From: Neophaeotheca triangularis
Taxonomy: Eukaryota
Direction: 5' to 3'
DNA length: 64,000 nt
Assembly: GCA_054600435.1 (NCBI GenBank)
Contig: BAAIJX010000050.1
Coordinates: 62,001 to 126,000, forward strand
Both the position numbers and the translations under genes were made by a program. Under the pieces are notes generated by a model that did not search any database, was not told the DNA's origin, and saw nothing but the letters and a program-made list of their open reading frames with translations. Positions within the stretch are counted from its first letter, which is position 1. Every line of letters starts with the position of its first letter. Positions 24,953-36,402 of this stretch are shown here, one piece after another.

Positions 24953-25046
24953 GTTGCATCAGCCAACAGGGCGAATCTCTGCTGAGCTCGCACAGTGTTC
25001 ACTGAGAGGATGTTGTCGTCGTTGTTGTTATTGTTGTTGTTGTTGC

Positions 25047-25319
25047 TGATAGGAAGGACTTGGTCAAGCTACCTGGTCCTCGGTTGATTGATATAGCTCT
25101 ATCTGGGGATGGCGGGGTTCATTTGGGGAAGATAAGGAGATAATGGGCGGGTACAATTACTGTGGAGTATGAGTATATACCTTAGGCCGATTGTAGGCGA
25201 ACAAGGATTAGGATCATTGATAGTGGGAAGATATGAGAGGTGTCCGACTGTCAGTCCAACAGACCTCCTAACTACCTAAATGATTGCACAGCCAGCAATA
25301 ATTGACATTGAATCGATAA
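25047..25319. promoter_or_regulatory. Cluster of HGATAR sites (AreA/NIT2-type) upstream of the amidase
   Basis: TGATAG 25047, CTATCT 25099, AGATAA 25130, AGATAA 25138, TGATAG 25218 and CGATAA 25314 lie within about 275 bp upstream of the amidase ATG. Confidence 0.5.
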
Positions 25320-25559
25320 ACAGCAGAATACTGGTATGGGGGATGACGTTGACATCCCCTTAAGCGCTTGCCTTTGCACAGCAGTCATCTATGCGCCATC
25401 CAGTAGCGAGTGTGTGATGGTATTAGAGGACAGTACCTATGCATATATCTAGTGTCCCAGGGAAAAGCCAACGCACCACCAAACATCCCACACTACGCTT
25501 CCTCTCACGGCAAAGCGCACTCCCAGCACCATCAAGTAGAACAAGACCTTAAAACGACT

Positions 25560-26223
25560 TCAAGCCTGCCCCTTCAACTGTACCAATCCAGCCCTCTTAG
25601 CCTTGACCCACAGCAGCGGCAACAGCACCACCGAGCAAAAGAACAAAATCCCCAAAGCAACACAACACCCCCAAACAGCCTTGACCTGATAGCAATTGAC
25701 CTTTGTACTGCCAGCCCAATCCCCCAAACCCAGCGTGCTCCCACTCTTGCCCCAATTCTGGGCCAAAGCGTTTGAAAAAGCCGCGGCGTTTTTCGCGTTG
25801 GCGGCCGCGTTGGCGTCGGCGATTGTCGCGCAGTTGAGGTAGCTGACGGGTTTGCCTAGTAGGACGGAGACGACGATAAAAGCGAGCAGCAGCAGGGTGT
25901 CGAGGGCGGTCATGATTAGGAGGCTGAGGTTGGCTTGCGAGTAGAAGATTGGGATCGTTATGAGGCAGTATAGGGCTGCTATGGAGGTCTGGTCGTTCAA
26001 GGGTAAGTCTTGTGGTTTCAATGTGTCGTGTGCGTGGGTAATTGCCACTTACGACGGCGAGGGTGCCGATGACTTCTTCGGGGGCTTCCACGTTGATGCT
26101 CACGATTTGCGAGACGAAGTGGGCTGTCATGCCGACAATGGAGATCATGGCGACGAGTGAGAGGCCGCGCACTAGGAGGAAGCTTTTAGCCAAAGGCGCG
26201 GCTCCATAAGTTGGGATGGGCAT
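25560..26223 (-). CDS. Four-TM MARVEL-like membrane protein, ~199 aa, 2 exons
   Basis: Exons 26223-26053 and 25988-25560 are joined in frame by a 64-nt GTAAGT...CAG intron. The protein has four hydrophobic helices and a Cys pair ('SYLNC', 'KVNCYQVKAVWG') typical of fungal MARVEL-like proteins. Confidence 0.85.
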
Positions 26224-27275
26224 TTTCGTGGTTGATATCGTATGGATGGGGATCGAAGTATTCAATCGTTGATGTGGCTCTGAGGAATGTTGGGTGTGAT
26301 GCCTGCCAGCGGGCGATCAATCTTAATGCTTTTGTATGGAGATAGGAGATGGTAATGAGACAGAAGGAACTAGGAGGCAAAAACAACTAGAAATGCAAGA
26401 CACAAGGAAACACGTAGAGAATCGCAGGCGATGATGATCGTGAGGGAAGAGAACGAATGTGACCCACCGTCTGGCTTTTAAGTAAAGCTGGATCGTGTCT
26501 GAGTGCGGGTTCATAGGACATTGTCCCAGCCATGTCAAGGAGACAGTGTCTAACAATAACAAGCATTGCTATTTCTACCAGCGGCTACTGGAGCAGAAGG
26601 CACCATGTCTCGCTCGGTGGTGTTTCACGTCTTTTATACATACACAGCGGCCAATAGCAAGTGTCGGAAGCCCTCCGCCAACTTGGGCGGCTATTCGAGT
26701 GCTTTGACAGCAATACTCGAACATCAACCGTGAATGGATTTCAGACGCGATATTCGCTTCGTCTTGCTTCTGGGGTCGTGAGGAACCGGCGCCTGCGGAT
26801 GTCTGGCCATGTTACCGTCGGCGGTTGCTGCAATCTTGCCGGGAGGTATTGAGCTGTTTTGTCCAAAACCACCGATAGAAGCATTTGCGGGCAACTTGTC
26901 AATCGGAACCAAACCTTCGCCCTAGAAAGAAGTGACAAGCGCGGACCATGTCATTGGGACATACGTGGTACGCGAAGAAAGAAGAAGCCCATACCTGTGC
27001 CCGTACTATTGCTATACAGTTAGGTGGATGAAATGAGACAGAAAGATGGATGAGACGACGACACAGTGACTGCCAAGCCAGAAGGACTGGCCCGAGCTTT
27101 GACGACGACGTCCCATCCTGTTCGTCTTTGAGCTACATTCGCACTGCAACTCGACATGATGGAAGTTCTCCAGATGGGGGCGTGAAAAGTCGTCATCGTC
27201 TATCATGATCGTTTCGCGATACAAGGCATTAAATCCAACGCCGGGGCCGGCATCAATACTCCCATCGCCTCCACC

Positions 27276-30200
27276 ATGAGCCATGAAGAGCGGGCATCCT
27301 GGAACATCCCAGTGCCAGCATCTGCTTCGCCTGTACCAAGACCGCCACCACTTCCCGCCCCACGACCATTACAAAGGGCTAGAGACGCCGCCAATAGATT
27401 CTTCGGCTACCCATCGAGACCGACAAGTCCACAAGATGACTACGAGCGTGACAAGGGCCGCTTGACTCGAGCAACGCCATCCCGATATGCCACGCTTGGT
27501 GCCACTCAGAACGCCACCGCTAGTCACAAGACAGGTCTTGAAATCAACACTATCGCCATCAACGAGAAGGGCACCCATGCTTTGCTAGGAGGCAAAGAAA
27601 TCTTCAAGACTGTCAAGGTAGAGGACGGTGTTTGCGCCGAAGATCTCAACCTACGCACGGCCATTCGCAGCGCCCCTAAGCAGGCATCGGGCGCCCCTCG
27701 CCAAGTCTACTCTATCGATATTGCCGACGTCGCGTGGGCGAAGGGCGATTGTGGCGACTACGTAGCTGCTGCGACGTCAAGTGGCAAGATTATCCTTTGG
27801 AACATTGGCTTAGCCGGCCTTCCCGCCGTTCAACTGCACGAACATTTCCGACAAGTACACAAAGTCACCTTCAACCCCCACCGAGGTAATCTGTTGCTAT
27901 CAGGCAGTCAAGACGGTACCGTACGTCTATGGGATCTTAGAGACATCCGCCACCAAGCGAGCCAATTGCAGAGCAAACGCAAATATTCAGGTCAAAGTGA
28001 TGGCGTCCGAGATGTCAAGTGGTCGCCGACGGACGGCGTCGACTTTGCTTTTGGCACTGATAGCGGCTGGATCCAACGCTGGGACATTCGCAATCTTAAA
28101 ACGGCCAAAGTGAAGATTCCAGCTCACACGACGACATGTAACAGCATCGATTGGCACCCAGACGGTAGACACCTGGCCAGTGCAAGTAGCGATAAGACGG
28201 TTCGTGTGTGGGATGTCTCGACTGGTCGACGGCAGCAGAAAGCTGGCTGGGAAATCAAAACTCCCCACCCTGTCTTAAACGCTCGTTGGAGGCCAGCATG
28301 CGAATCTTCCGTTCTAACGGACAATGGTGCTAGAATATGCACGCAGGTTGTTACGTCGTATAGTCGTGAGATACCCACTCTTCACGTTTGGGACTTTCGA
28401 CGTCCGGCTCTGCCCTTCCGCGAGATGGCACCGCACCATTCCGCACCAACCGATATGCTCTGGCACTCTCAAGATCTCCTATGGACGGTTGGTCGCGAGG
28501 GAAAGTTTTCGCAAAGCGATGTGCAACATGCGCCCAAGACGATTGAGAAGCGTCACCTGCAAGCCTTTGCAATTTCACCACAGGGCGATCTCAACTTCAT
28601 CACACAGCGTCGAAGGCGACGACGAAGACCTTCGCAAAATCAACCCTCTTCTCTTCCCACGAAGAGTTACAGTGCAGGCCACAGTCCGGAACAAGGGGCT
28701 TTGAGCCGAAGCTGGGCAGATGATTCCCTCGATCAAACCTTCCTCAGCTTCTCCAACCCGAAGCATAGAGTCAGATCAGCTGGCAGTTCTCGGGCGCCGT
28801 CGATTAGCCAGACGCCACCACAGAATGATACTGGCAGAGTCCCCATCGTTAAGCTCGATGACGTTCTCTCCAATCGCAAGTCTACTAGACCACAACAATA
28901 TGCTAGTCGTGGAAGGCTTCCTACTGCGCCAACGCTTGTTTCGTCCAACAAATTCGAGACATTGACACTTTTGACTGGAGACAATCAAGACATATTGAAT
29001 TATGTCGAACGTGCTTTCATTCACAATGCATTACAAGCTGAGGAGGCTGGACTGTACCGTCTGGCGCAAACCTGGCGGATCGTGTGCTTCGCCGCTACTA
29101 CCCATCTCAGACTTCGGGCTGAAGCTCGCCGTAAAGATAGGCTGGAGGGAAAGTTGCGTTTCTCAAAGCGACCACTGGAGGGCTCTATTACCGTGCCTGC
29201 TCATGACCTCCACGGAGTAAACGATCGATCTGCATTGCCGAGTCCTGAGTCCGCGCATCCACCGCGAGCAGCCTCCATTCTCAGTAAACAATTGGCCGGG
29301 CCTGAAAGCACTTCCAACACCACAACACCCCAAGCAAAGCCTTTCCCAAATGGCAATGTCAGCGCCTTTGCGCCTCAGCGGGAGCTAGAGGACCCGGACA
29401 AGAGCGAGAAATTTTCACTTCCATCTTCCGTAACAGCTCAAGCGACCACAGCTAGAACAGATAGCAAACCGCAAACGGACCACCGACTCACAGCGAAAAA
29501 CCTCACCGACTTACAGAAACCGCAATGGACGGATGGAACGACTTCTGGCGCACACGCAATACGAAGGTGGAGCGTTCAACCCAAAGTGCCTCTCAGTCTT
29601 GATCCCGTGGATGCAGCTGGCAACAAGATACCGCCTAAGCTCGAGCATCACGACAGCGATGACAGCTTTTCATTCCTCGAAGGATCTTTGGATTCGAGGG
29701 GTCCTTCATTCCCGGGATCGTTTGCTAGCAATCATTCACCAGAGCATCGAATGCCTGCTGAGAGACCTAGTCGTCCACTTCCTCGTGTTGCCGCGACTGA
29801 TGGCACCGGCCTTCATCACAAGCTCGAAAAGTCCAAGCACGAGGCGACTGAAGATGGCAACAGTCCTGGGATAGCTTTCAAAAATCCATTCGAGCGAAAA
29901 TTGTCGACTGTAGCAGACGATGATGCAGATGGTGAGCTAGTCGACTCGAATCACGAAGACAAATTTCAAGCAGCACCTGGTAGCACCAGTAAACTGTCTG
30001 CTGATTTCATCAAACATGGGAAGCGTAACAGTGTCAGTGATATCGCGCTTATGGAGCTCGAAGCTCCAAAGACAAAGCTACGATTGAGCGACGACGCTTT
30101 CGAGAGCAGGAAGCTCAGTAGCGGCTTCGATCGTTGGCAAGACGAAACGACAAAGGCGTCAATCGACCGAGAGTCCAGAATCTCGAAAAGCCAAGAACTC

Positions 30201-31253
30201 ATCCCTTCAGACTTCCAAACCCATCCAGAGGATAACGACGTCGAACAGGACAAACCCTTCACCCTAGTATCCATGCTCCGTGAACTCATCGCTCACTACA
30301 GTAACAACGACTCCGACGCCCAGACAGCCTCCAACCTCCTGCTTCAACTCGCCCCTCTGCTCCCCGAAACCCATTCCTTACCTCACAGGGAGAAAACCCT
30401 CACCACAAACCACTACTCCTTCGCCTTCGCCAACACCGGCTTCTCTCGCCACGAAATCCCCTCTCTCCTCTCCAAAACCCTCTCCCATCTCCTCAATGCC
30501 GGTCTCCAGCCCCTCCAACTCGAACTCATTCTCTCCACCTACCACGACCAACTGCTCTCCCACCGCCTCTTCCTCCCGGCAACAGCTCTGCGCCAATCAA
30601 CTTACCCAGCCTACCCAGCCGTCTATGAGCAAGCGCTCAAAGACAACTTTCTCGCCTTCCAGTGCAGCGGCTGCGGCAAAGCCATCGAGCCATCACCGAC
30701 AGCAGCAAGAAGCAAGCCCCAGTGCGAGTCTTGCAACATCCCGCGAGCGCCGCCATGTGCCGTGTGCTGGTGCGAGGAAAGTCCCTTCACTTCCTCCGCC
30801 CTCAAGTCAGACCAACGCGTCAACAGACTCTTATTCTCGACCTGTCTGCTCTGCAACCACACCTCGCACACCACGTGTCTAGAAACCTGGTTCGCGACGA
30901 CCTCGCGCGAGCCTGTCGACCGCCCATCCCCGGCAGACTCAAGCAACGACCTGGCCAACAATAACGACGGTGCAAGTACAGACCCTCCCGACACCGCCAC
31001 CGCCACCGCCACCGCGACCGACGACGACGACGCCGACGCTTGCCCGACCGAAGGCTGCCTCTGCGCTTGCGTCCCAGGGCTCTGGCGCGAGCGGAAAGAG
31101 GCCGAGCGGATCGCGGCGTTGAGACGGCCAGGTTTGGGCCAGAGGGGGAAGATCAGGAGTGATGAGTGGGGTGTAAGGGAGAGTCGGGCTGTGGCTAGGA
31201 CTAGAGGGGTACTGGCTGCTACTACTGCTCCCGGGGGAAGGGGGTCAGTTTAA
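27276..31253 (+). CDS. RTC1: SEACAT/GATOR2 subunit Rtc1/Sea2 (WDR24 homologue): N-terminal WD40 propeller and C-terminal zinc finger/RING, 1325 aa
   Basis: WD40 repeats (LLSGSQDGTVRLWDLR, GVRDVKWSP, IDWHPDGRHLASASSDKTVRVWD, LHVWDFRRPALP) and a C-terminal CxxC..CxxC..CAVC..CLLCNHTSHTTC..CPTEGCLCAC array. Single long ORF. Confidence 0.88.
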   Translation: MSHEERASWNIPVPASASPVPRPPPLPAPRPLQRARDAANRFFGYPSRPTSPQDDYERDKGRLTRATPSRYATLGATQNATASHKTGLEINTIAINEKGTHALLGGKEIFKTVKVEDGVCAEDLNLRTAIRSAPKQASGAPRQVYSIDIADVAWAKGDCGDYVAAATSSGKIILWNIGLAGLPAVQLHEHFRQVHKVTFNPHRGNLLLSGSQDGTVRLWDLRDIRHQASQLQSKRKYSGQSDGVRDVKWSPTDGVDFAFGTDSGWIQRWDIRNLKTAKVKIPAHTTTCNSIDWHPDGRHLASASSDKTVRVWDVSTGRRQQKAGWEIKTPHPVLNARWRPACESSVLTDNGARICTQVVTSYSREIPTLHVWDFRRPALPFREMAPHHSAPTDMLWHSQDLLWTVGREGKFSQSDVQHAPKTIEKRHLQAFAISPQGDLNFITQRRRRRRRPSQNQPSSLPTKSYSAGHSPEQGALSRSWADDSLDQTFLSFSNPKHRVRSAGSSRAPSISQTPPQNDTGRVPIVKLDDVLSNRKSTRPQQYASRGRLPTAPTLVSSNKFETLTLLTGDNQDILNYVERAFIHNALQAEEAGLYRLAQTWRIVCFAATTHLRLRAEARRKDRLEGKLRFSKRPLEGSITVPAHDLHGVNDRSALPSPESAHPPRAASILSKQLAGPESTSNTTTPQAKPFPNGNVSAFAPQRELEDPDKSEKFSLPSSVTAQATTARTDSKPQTDHRLTAKNLTDLQKPQWTDGTTSGAHAIRRWSVQPKVPLSLDPVDAAGNKIPPKLEHHDSDDSFSFLEGSLDSRGPSFPGSFASNHSPEHRMPAERPSRPLPRVAATDGTGLHHKLEKSKHEATEDGNSPGIAFKNPFERKLSTVADDDADGELVDSNHEDKFQAAPGSTSKLSADFIKHGKRNSVSDIALMELEAPKTKLRLSDDAFESRKLSSGFDRWQDETTKASIDRESRISKSQELIPSDFQTHPEDNDVEQDKPFTLVSMLRELIAHYSNNDSDAQTASNLLLQLAPLLPETHSLPHREKTLTTNHYSFAFANTGFSRHEIPSLLSKTLSHLLNAGLQPLQLELILSTYHDQLLSHRLFLPATALRQSTYPAYPAVYEQALKDNFLAFQCSGCGKAIEPSPTAARSKPQCESCNIPRAPPCAVCWCEESPFTSSALKSDQRVNRLLFSTCLLCNHTSHTTCLETWFATTSREPVDRPSPADSSNDLANNNDGASTDPPDTATATATATDDDDADACPTEGCLCACVPGLWRERKEAERIAALRRPGLGQRGKIRSDEWGVRESRAVARTRGVLAATTAPGGRGSV

Positions 31254-31979
31254 TTGGATGAGATGAGGGAGGGGACCATCTTATTCCGTCCCTCGCATCA
31301 CCTTTGTTCTTATTGCGGTCCTGCGAGCCGCGGCCGCCGGCAATTCGCCAAAACACGGTAGCAGCGCCCACGATGAGCGAGAAGGTCGGTCACAAGACAT
31401 AGCACGATGTAGCTAGCTGTGTAAGCTCCGGGCCCAAGTCGGCGTGAATCACCAGTGAGTCATGCTTGAAAGACTCTTCGCCCGCGGGCAAGAGTAGAAT
31501 TGGTTTTAAAACAAAGTACAAGTTGGGTATCTCGGGTATCTAATCGACCTTGCACAAAGTAGCAAAAGCAACAATGCCGTCCAGAACGCCAAAAGCAAGT
31601 TCAACGCCAATGTGGTGGAAAGACGAAAGAAGCGCCCGAAACCTTGATTCCGCCGTCAATGGTTCATGCCGCCTTTTCGGACCCCATAGTCTGCGAGATG
31701 GGTCGCCAGCGATGAGCCACGTATGCCTCGGGGCAGGGCCAGCCCTGAGCGAGTATCGAAGGGGAATCCGTCGTCGTCAAGCCAGCGTGACCAGCCAATC
31801 TGCTCTCTGCCTTCGTGTTCCCTGGTTCTGGCTCGGTTGCCAGTACCTTCGCTCTGCACGCCATACTTCCAGCTCATATTTCGCGCCATCGCAGCTCCTC
31901 AATGCCTATGCCTCACGCCCTCATCTCATTTCCTCACGTACTCACCTCTTCGGCCCCTCCATCCCCTCACCCTTTCCCA

Positions 31980-34900
31980 TCAAAACCCGATCCCTGCCAT
32001 CTCATTCTCCTCCCCTCCATCCCCTTCCTCCAAAACCACCCTCCTCTTCCCATACCACCGCTCAAGCGCATCCCTCCTCTGCGCCTGCGTCCACCCCTCA
32101 ACCACCAACCCAAACCCAACAACATCAGTCCCAAATCCAAAACTCCTCGCCATAGCGCCAAATAACCTCTTCCTAACTACCTCATCGGGGCGGAAACGAT
32201 ACTTGACCCGGTCGTCGTCATCGTGAACATCATCATCGTAAACACGTTGGGCGGTTATTCCACCACGTTGGTCGTGGGCCGAGGGTTGCGAAGAGACGAA
32301 AGCGAATTGGCCAGCGTAATCGATGTCGTCGCCGACTTTTTGCGCGCGGGAGGAGATTTTGGTCTCCATGCGGGAAGTGCCGATGACTTCGGCGTTGTTG
32401 TGGGTGTATTCGACGCCGACGCTGGCGAGGATGGCTTGGACGGGGTCTTTCTTCGGTTGTTGCTGCTGGCCGGTGACGGCTGCGGGCTGCTTGGCATTTG
32501 CCTTTGCGGTTCTGACATCCAGCTTTGCTTTCTTCCTGGCTTTTTCGTCCGGGTCACCGATGATGCTATTGGCGAGGGCGTTGATGTCCGCGTTCTCGCC
32601 GTCTTCGGGTTTGACGTGCTTGAAAGGGTTTTCGTCGTCGTCGTCTTCGGTGCCGGCGGCTTCGAAATCGAGACCAGCAATCATAACGCCCGCGCGGCTT
32701 TCGGCGATATTGGTCTTGTTGACAATATCTTGAAGGACGACATTGTCGCTTTGCGGGGCGAAGATGTTGGCCAGGCCGAAGATCTCGCCCTTCATTTCTC
32801 GCTGGTCTTGCACACCGCGGAAGTAGCGGCGCTCAACTGATGCGTTGTAGGCGATGCTGGCTTGTTGCTGTTTGTAGATTTGGCGGGCGTAGACGATCTC
32901 TTCGATGGTGCCGGCGGAAACGAGGCGGAAGACATCGACATCGCGCCATTGGCCGATGCGGTAGGCGCGGTCTTGGGCTTGAAGGTCGAGGGAAGGGTTC
33001 CAGTTTGGGTCCATGACGACGACTTTGTTTGCAGAAGTGATGTTGAGGCCTACGCCGCCGGCTTTTGTGGAAATGAGGAAGACGAACTGCGAGGGAGAAG
33101 AGTTGAAATCATCGACGACAGTGTTGCGTTCTTCGAGGCTTAGGCTGCCGTCGAGGTAGGAGTAGGTGTAGTGCGTTTTGCTGGAGAAGAGGGTTTTGAG
33201 CATTTTGAGGAAGCGCACGGAGTAGGAGAAGATGAGGACTTTGTCGCCGTTGGAGTGCCAGAAGTGGAGGAGTTTGCGGAGCACAAGCCACTTGCCGCAA
33301 AAGTCGGTGTTGGCGAAGTGGAGGAGGCTGTCTTTTTGCCGCAGTAGATCTTTCCACATGTCAGGGAGAGCCATTTCGAGCTTTTCGATTTCTTTGTCAT
33401 GCTTCTCCTTGATTTCAGAGACGGGGAGAAGGAGCGCAAGATGACCGGCGATGAATCGAAGAGTATGGAGGGCGGAGAAGACCCACTTGTGCCATGGCTC
33501 GCCGTCTATGTACTGGTAGCAGCACCAACCTTGCTTCTTGCCGGAGCTGCAGTCGCAGGGGTTGTTGGCCTCGCGCATAGCTGTCACAACATCGGAGTCG
33601 CAAAAGGTGTTGTACGCTTCTATCTGAAGATCGGTCATCTTACAGAACACAACCCTGTCAGTCTTTTTGGGAAGTTCATCCGCAATGAGAGTCTTGGGTC
33701 GGCGGAGAAAGAAGCGCGGGAGGAGGTTATTTCTGAGCTTGAGAGCGGTGCTGCGTGCTATGGCGATCTGCGCGTTGGTGGCTCCATGTGCTTGGCCGTA
33801 TTTGAGAGGCAAACACATCTTCTCCTTCCAGCTGGCCATTGAGCCGAGCACGCCGGGATTCGCCCAATTGAGGAGTACGTACAGCTCTTCGTATTTGTTC
33901 TGCATGGCCGTACCTGTCAAGCCAATACGACATAGCGCGTTGACTATGAGCAGTTTCTTCGCCGTTGCCGTGCGTCGCCCTTTCGCTTGGTGCACTTCGT
34001 CGCAAATGACGCAGTCCCATTTGACGGTGTTGACTTGACTCTCATGGTTTGTGTAGGTTTGGTAGGTCGTGATCATGATCTCGAGCCTGCCTTTTGTGGC
34101 CATTGCAAGCGCGTTGTCGCAGTTCTGCAGGTGAAAGACTTCGACATTCCACCAACCCCAAGCCTCGAGTTCGTTCTTCCAGTTGGCGATGAGCCCTCCC
34201 GGACAGATGAGTAGCACGCGAGGATACCAACGGTCTTCGTCTTCGCGACGAGTCTTGCGCATGCGTTTGGAGTCACGAACGTCTCCAGTTTTGCCGAAGG
34301 CAGCAGTCAGGAACGCGATAACTTGGATCGTCTTGCCGAGACCCATATCGTCGCCAAGGATACAGCCCTTTTGATCGACAAATTTCTCGTGCATGAAGGC
34401 AGCGCCGTCAATTTGGTAGCTTCGGAGATACTGTGCGACTGGGGCGGGTATCGTGGAGCCTGACCTTGGCAGATCAATGGGCTGGTACGGGCGTTGAGGT
34501 TTGATCTTGGTGAATTGCGGTCGTGTCTCCAGAGCTGTATCGCGCTCATCGTCGGAAAAATAAATATCTTCATACACTGGAGGAAGCGCAAGACCAAGGT
34601 CGCCTTGCTTTCTAATTCCACGATCAAAGTCGCCACGCCTACTCTTGAGGTACTCGGGAAGCTTATTCTCGAGTTCCTCTTCGTCGTCATCGCTCACTTC
34701 CTTAGCGGTGTGGTGGTAGTCCTTCTTGCGTTGTTGTTTGGCGTCAAGGACCGAATGCTGCTTCTTACCAACCATGCTGGCACCTTTGGCTTGCGCCTTT
34801 GCTCGTTTGGTGCTAGCAGCGGCACGCTTTCGTTGCACAGCTTTGCGGTTTTTGAAGGCCTTGTAGGGGTCTTCGGCGTCGGAATCGTCGAATGACACCT

Positions 34901-35222
34901 TTTCACCTTTGGGAGAGTGTTTGCGCTTCCGGCTGGCGTCGTACTTGCTTAGGGATTTGCCTTCTTTGCGTGGGTGGTCCATGACGATGTCTTCCATTTC
35001 AGCTTCTTCGCTGGAGTAGATCGGGATTGCATTGTCGTGAGGAGTATCTTGTTGGCTTTTTTCCAGGCTATTTATGTAGTTGTCGAAGCTGACCTGGGGG
35101 GAGCCAGAATGTTCCTCGTCGGAAGCCTCCCATTCACTTCCACCGCCATCCATTTCGATGGCCTTCCTAGCGAGTGTCGTACGCCGGGAAGACCCGGAAA
35201 GTTTCAATCGGAACTTGGACAT
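31980..35222 (-). CDS. SNF2-family DNA-dependent ATPase, ERCC6L2 (Rad26-like) subfamily, 1080 aa
   Basis: Helicase motifs GDDMGLGKT, DEVH, GLTGT, STKAGGVGLN and QAQDRAYRIGQ. The C-terminal 'GVEYTHNNAEVIGTSRME' matches the VIGSSK-type motif associated with ERCC6L2-like proteins. Confidence 0.9.
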   Translation of the reverse strand: MSKFRLKLSGSSRRTTLARKAIEMDGGGSEWEASDEEHSGSPQVSFDNYINSLEKSQQDTPHDNAIPIYSSEEAEMEDIVMDHPRKEGKSLSKYDASRKRKHSPKGEKVSFDDSDAEDPYKAFKNRKAVQRKRAAASTKRAKAQAKGASMVGKKQHSVLDAKQQRKKDYHHTAKEVSDDDEEELENKLPEYLKSRRGDFDRGIRKQGDLGLALPPVYEDIYFSDDERDTALETRPQFTKIKPQRPYQPIDLPRSGSTIPAPVAQYLRSYQIDGAAFMHEKFVDQKGCILGDDMGLGKTIQVIAFLTAAFGKTGDVRDSKRMRKTRREDEDRWYPRVLLICPGGLIANWKNELEAWGWWNVEVFHLQNCDNALAMATKGRLEIMITTYQTYTNHESQVNTVKWDCVICDEVHQAKGRRTATAKKLLIVNALCRIGLTGTAMQNKYEELYVLLNWANPGVLGSMASWKEKMCLPLKYGQAHGATNAQIAIARSTALKLRNNLLPRFFLRRPKTLIADELPKKTDRVVFCKMTDLQIEAYNTFCDSDVVTAMREANNPCDCSSGKKQGWCCYQYIDGEPWHKWVFSALHTLRFIAGHLALLLPVSEIKEKHDKEIEKLEMALPDMWKDLLRQKDSLLHFANTDFCGKWLVLRKLLHFWHSNGDKVLIFSYSVRFLKMLKTLFSSKTHYTYSYLDGSLSLEERNTVVDDFNSSPSQFVFLISTKAGGVGLNITSANKVVVMDPNWNPSLDLQAQDRAYRIGQWRDVDVFRLVSAGTIEEIVYARQIYKQQQASIAYNASVERRYFRGVQDQREMKGEIFGLANIFAPQSDNVVLQDIVNKTNIAESRAGVMIAGLDFEAAGTEDDDDENPFKHVKPEDGENADINALANSIIGDPDEKARKKAKLDVRTAKANAKQPAAVTGQQQQPKKDPVQAILASVGVEYTHNNAEVIGTSRMETKISSRAQKVGDDIDYAGQFAFVSSQPSAHDQRGGITAQRVYDDDVHDDDDRVKYRFRPDEVVRKRLFGAMARSFGFGTDVVGFGLVVEGWTQAQRRDALERWYGKRRVVLEEGDGGEENEMAGIGF

Positions 35223-35540
35223 GGTTCCTTCGCATTAATTATAACGATTTTCATGGGTAGTGCAAGGCTATGCGACAAGAGAAAAGGAGAAAGAGACGAA
35301 AATGGCGAGAGTAGGTATCTTAAACAAAAGAAAGCTCAAGGCAACCGCGGGGCAACTTGGGACGTCGCGATAATGACGCGCATGCACGTGCATCTCCAAA
35401 TCGATTGCAGACGGCATCTCCCGCCCCCGCAATCTTCTTCCCCCGATTCAGCGAAGACTGGAAGAAACAAAAGTTGCTTCCAGCTTCCCTTCCTCTTTGG
35501 GCAAACATGTGACAAAAGAACCCCCAACAAGGCATCCACA

Positions 35541-36402
35541 ATGCCTCTAGACACATCCACATATTCATTGGCGCACTTGCGTCTCGACGGTCGACGATGG
35601 AACGACTTGCGCCGCATCCAGGGCGAAATCTCCACCCAAGCGGCCGCAGATGGCAGCGCCGTCTTCAGCATGGGCAACACGCGCATCATCGCTACCGTCT
35701 CAGGACCGCACGAACAACGTCGCGCGGGCACAGGAGCGCAGTCGGACACGGCAAGGATAGAAGTCGAAATCAGCGTCGCGGGCTTCAGCGGCATCGAGCG
35801 CAAGAAGCGCGCCCGGAGCGACAAGTACGTGGCCCCCGCCCACAAATCATCACCCAACCAGCGCAGCACATACAGCACCCCACTAACCCATTTGCAGGCG
35901 TATCCAAGAAATGCAACACACCCTCAGCACAACCTTCAGCGCCGTCCTCCTCACCCACCTCTACCCACACAGCAGCATAAACCTGACCCTGCACGTGCTA
36001 TCGCAAGACGGCTCGCTGCTAGCCTCCTGCCTCAACGCCTCGACGCTCGCGCTCATAGACGCCGGAATCCCCATGCGCGACTACGTGGCCGCGTGCACCG
36101 TCGGCAGCACGGCCACGTACAGCGAGAATGACGAAGGCGCCGACCCGTTGTTGGATCTGAATGAGGGCGAGGAGAGGGAGCTGCCGTTTTTGACTCTGGG
36201 GACTGTGGGGCCGGAGAGCGGGGAGGGGGATGGGAATGGGGAGGACAAGGTCGTCGTGGCGGTCATGGAGACGAGGGTGCAGATGACGAGGTTGGAGGGA
36301 ATGGTTAGTGTGGGCTTGGATGGGTGTAGGCAGGTTAGGGGGGTTTTGGATGGGGTTGTCAGGGCGCATGGGAGGAAGGTTTTGGAGGGAAGGGTTAGCT
36401 GA
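35541..36402 (+). CDS. RRP41: Exosome core RNase PH-like subunit Rrp41/Ski6, ~262 aa, 2 exons
   Basis: Exons 35541-35824 and 35898-36402 flank a 73-nt GTACGT...CTAAC...CAG intron. Motifs 'LRLDGRRWNDLRR', 'ADGSA', 'LSQDGSLLASCLNASTLALIDAGIPM' and 'LLDLNEGEE'. Confidence 0.93.

Noticed and set aside
19795..31253. LEU3-like TF near RTC1/SEA2 as a leucine-sensing gene cluster
   Set aside because: Unrelated genes separate them and I noticed no Leu3 site (CCG-N4-CGG) in the RTC1 promoter. The proximity is likely coincidental.
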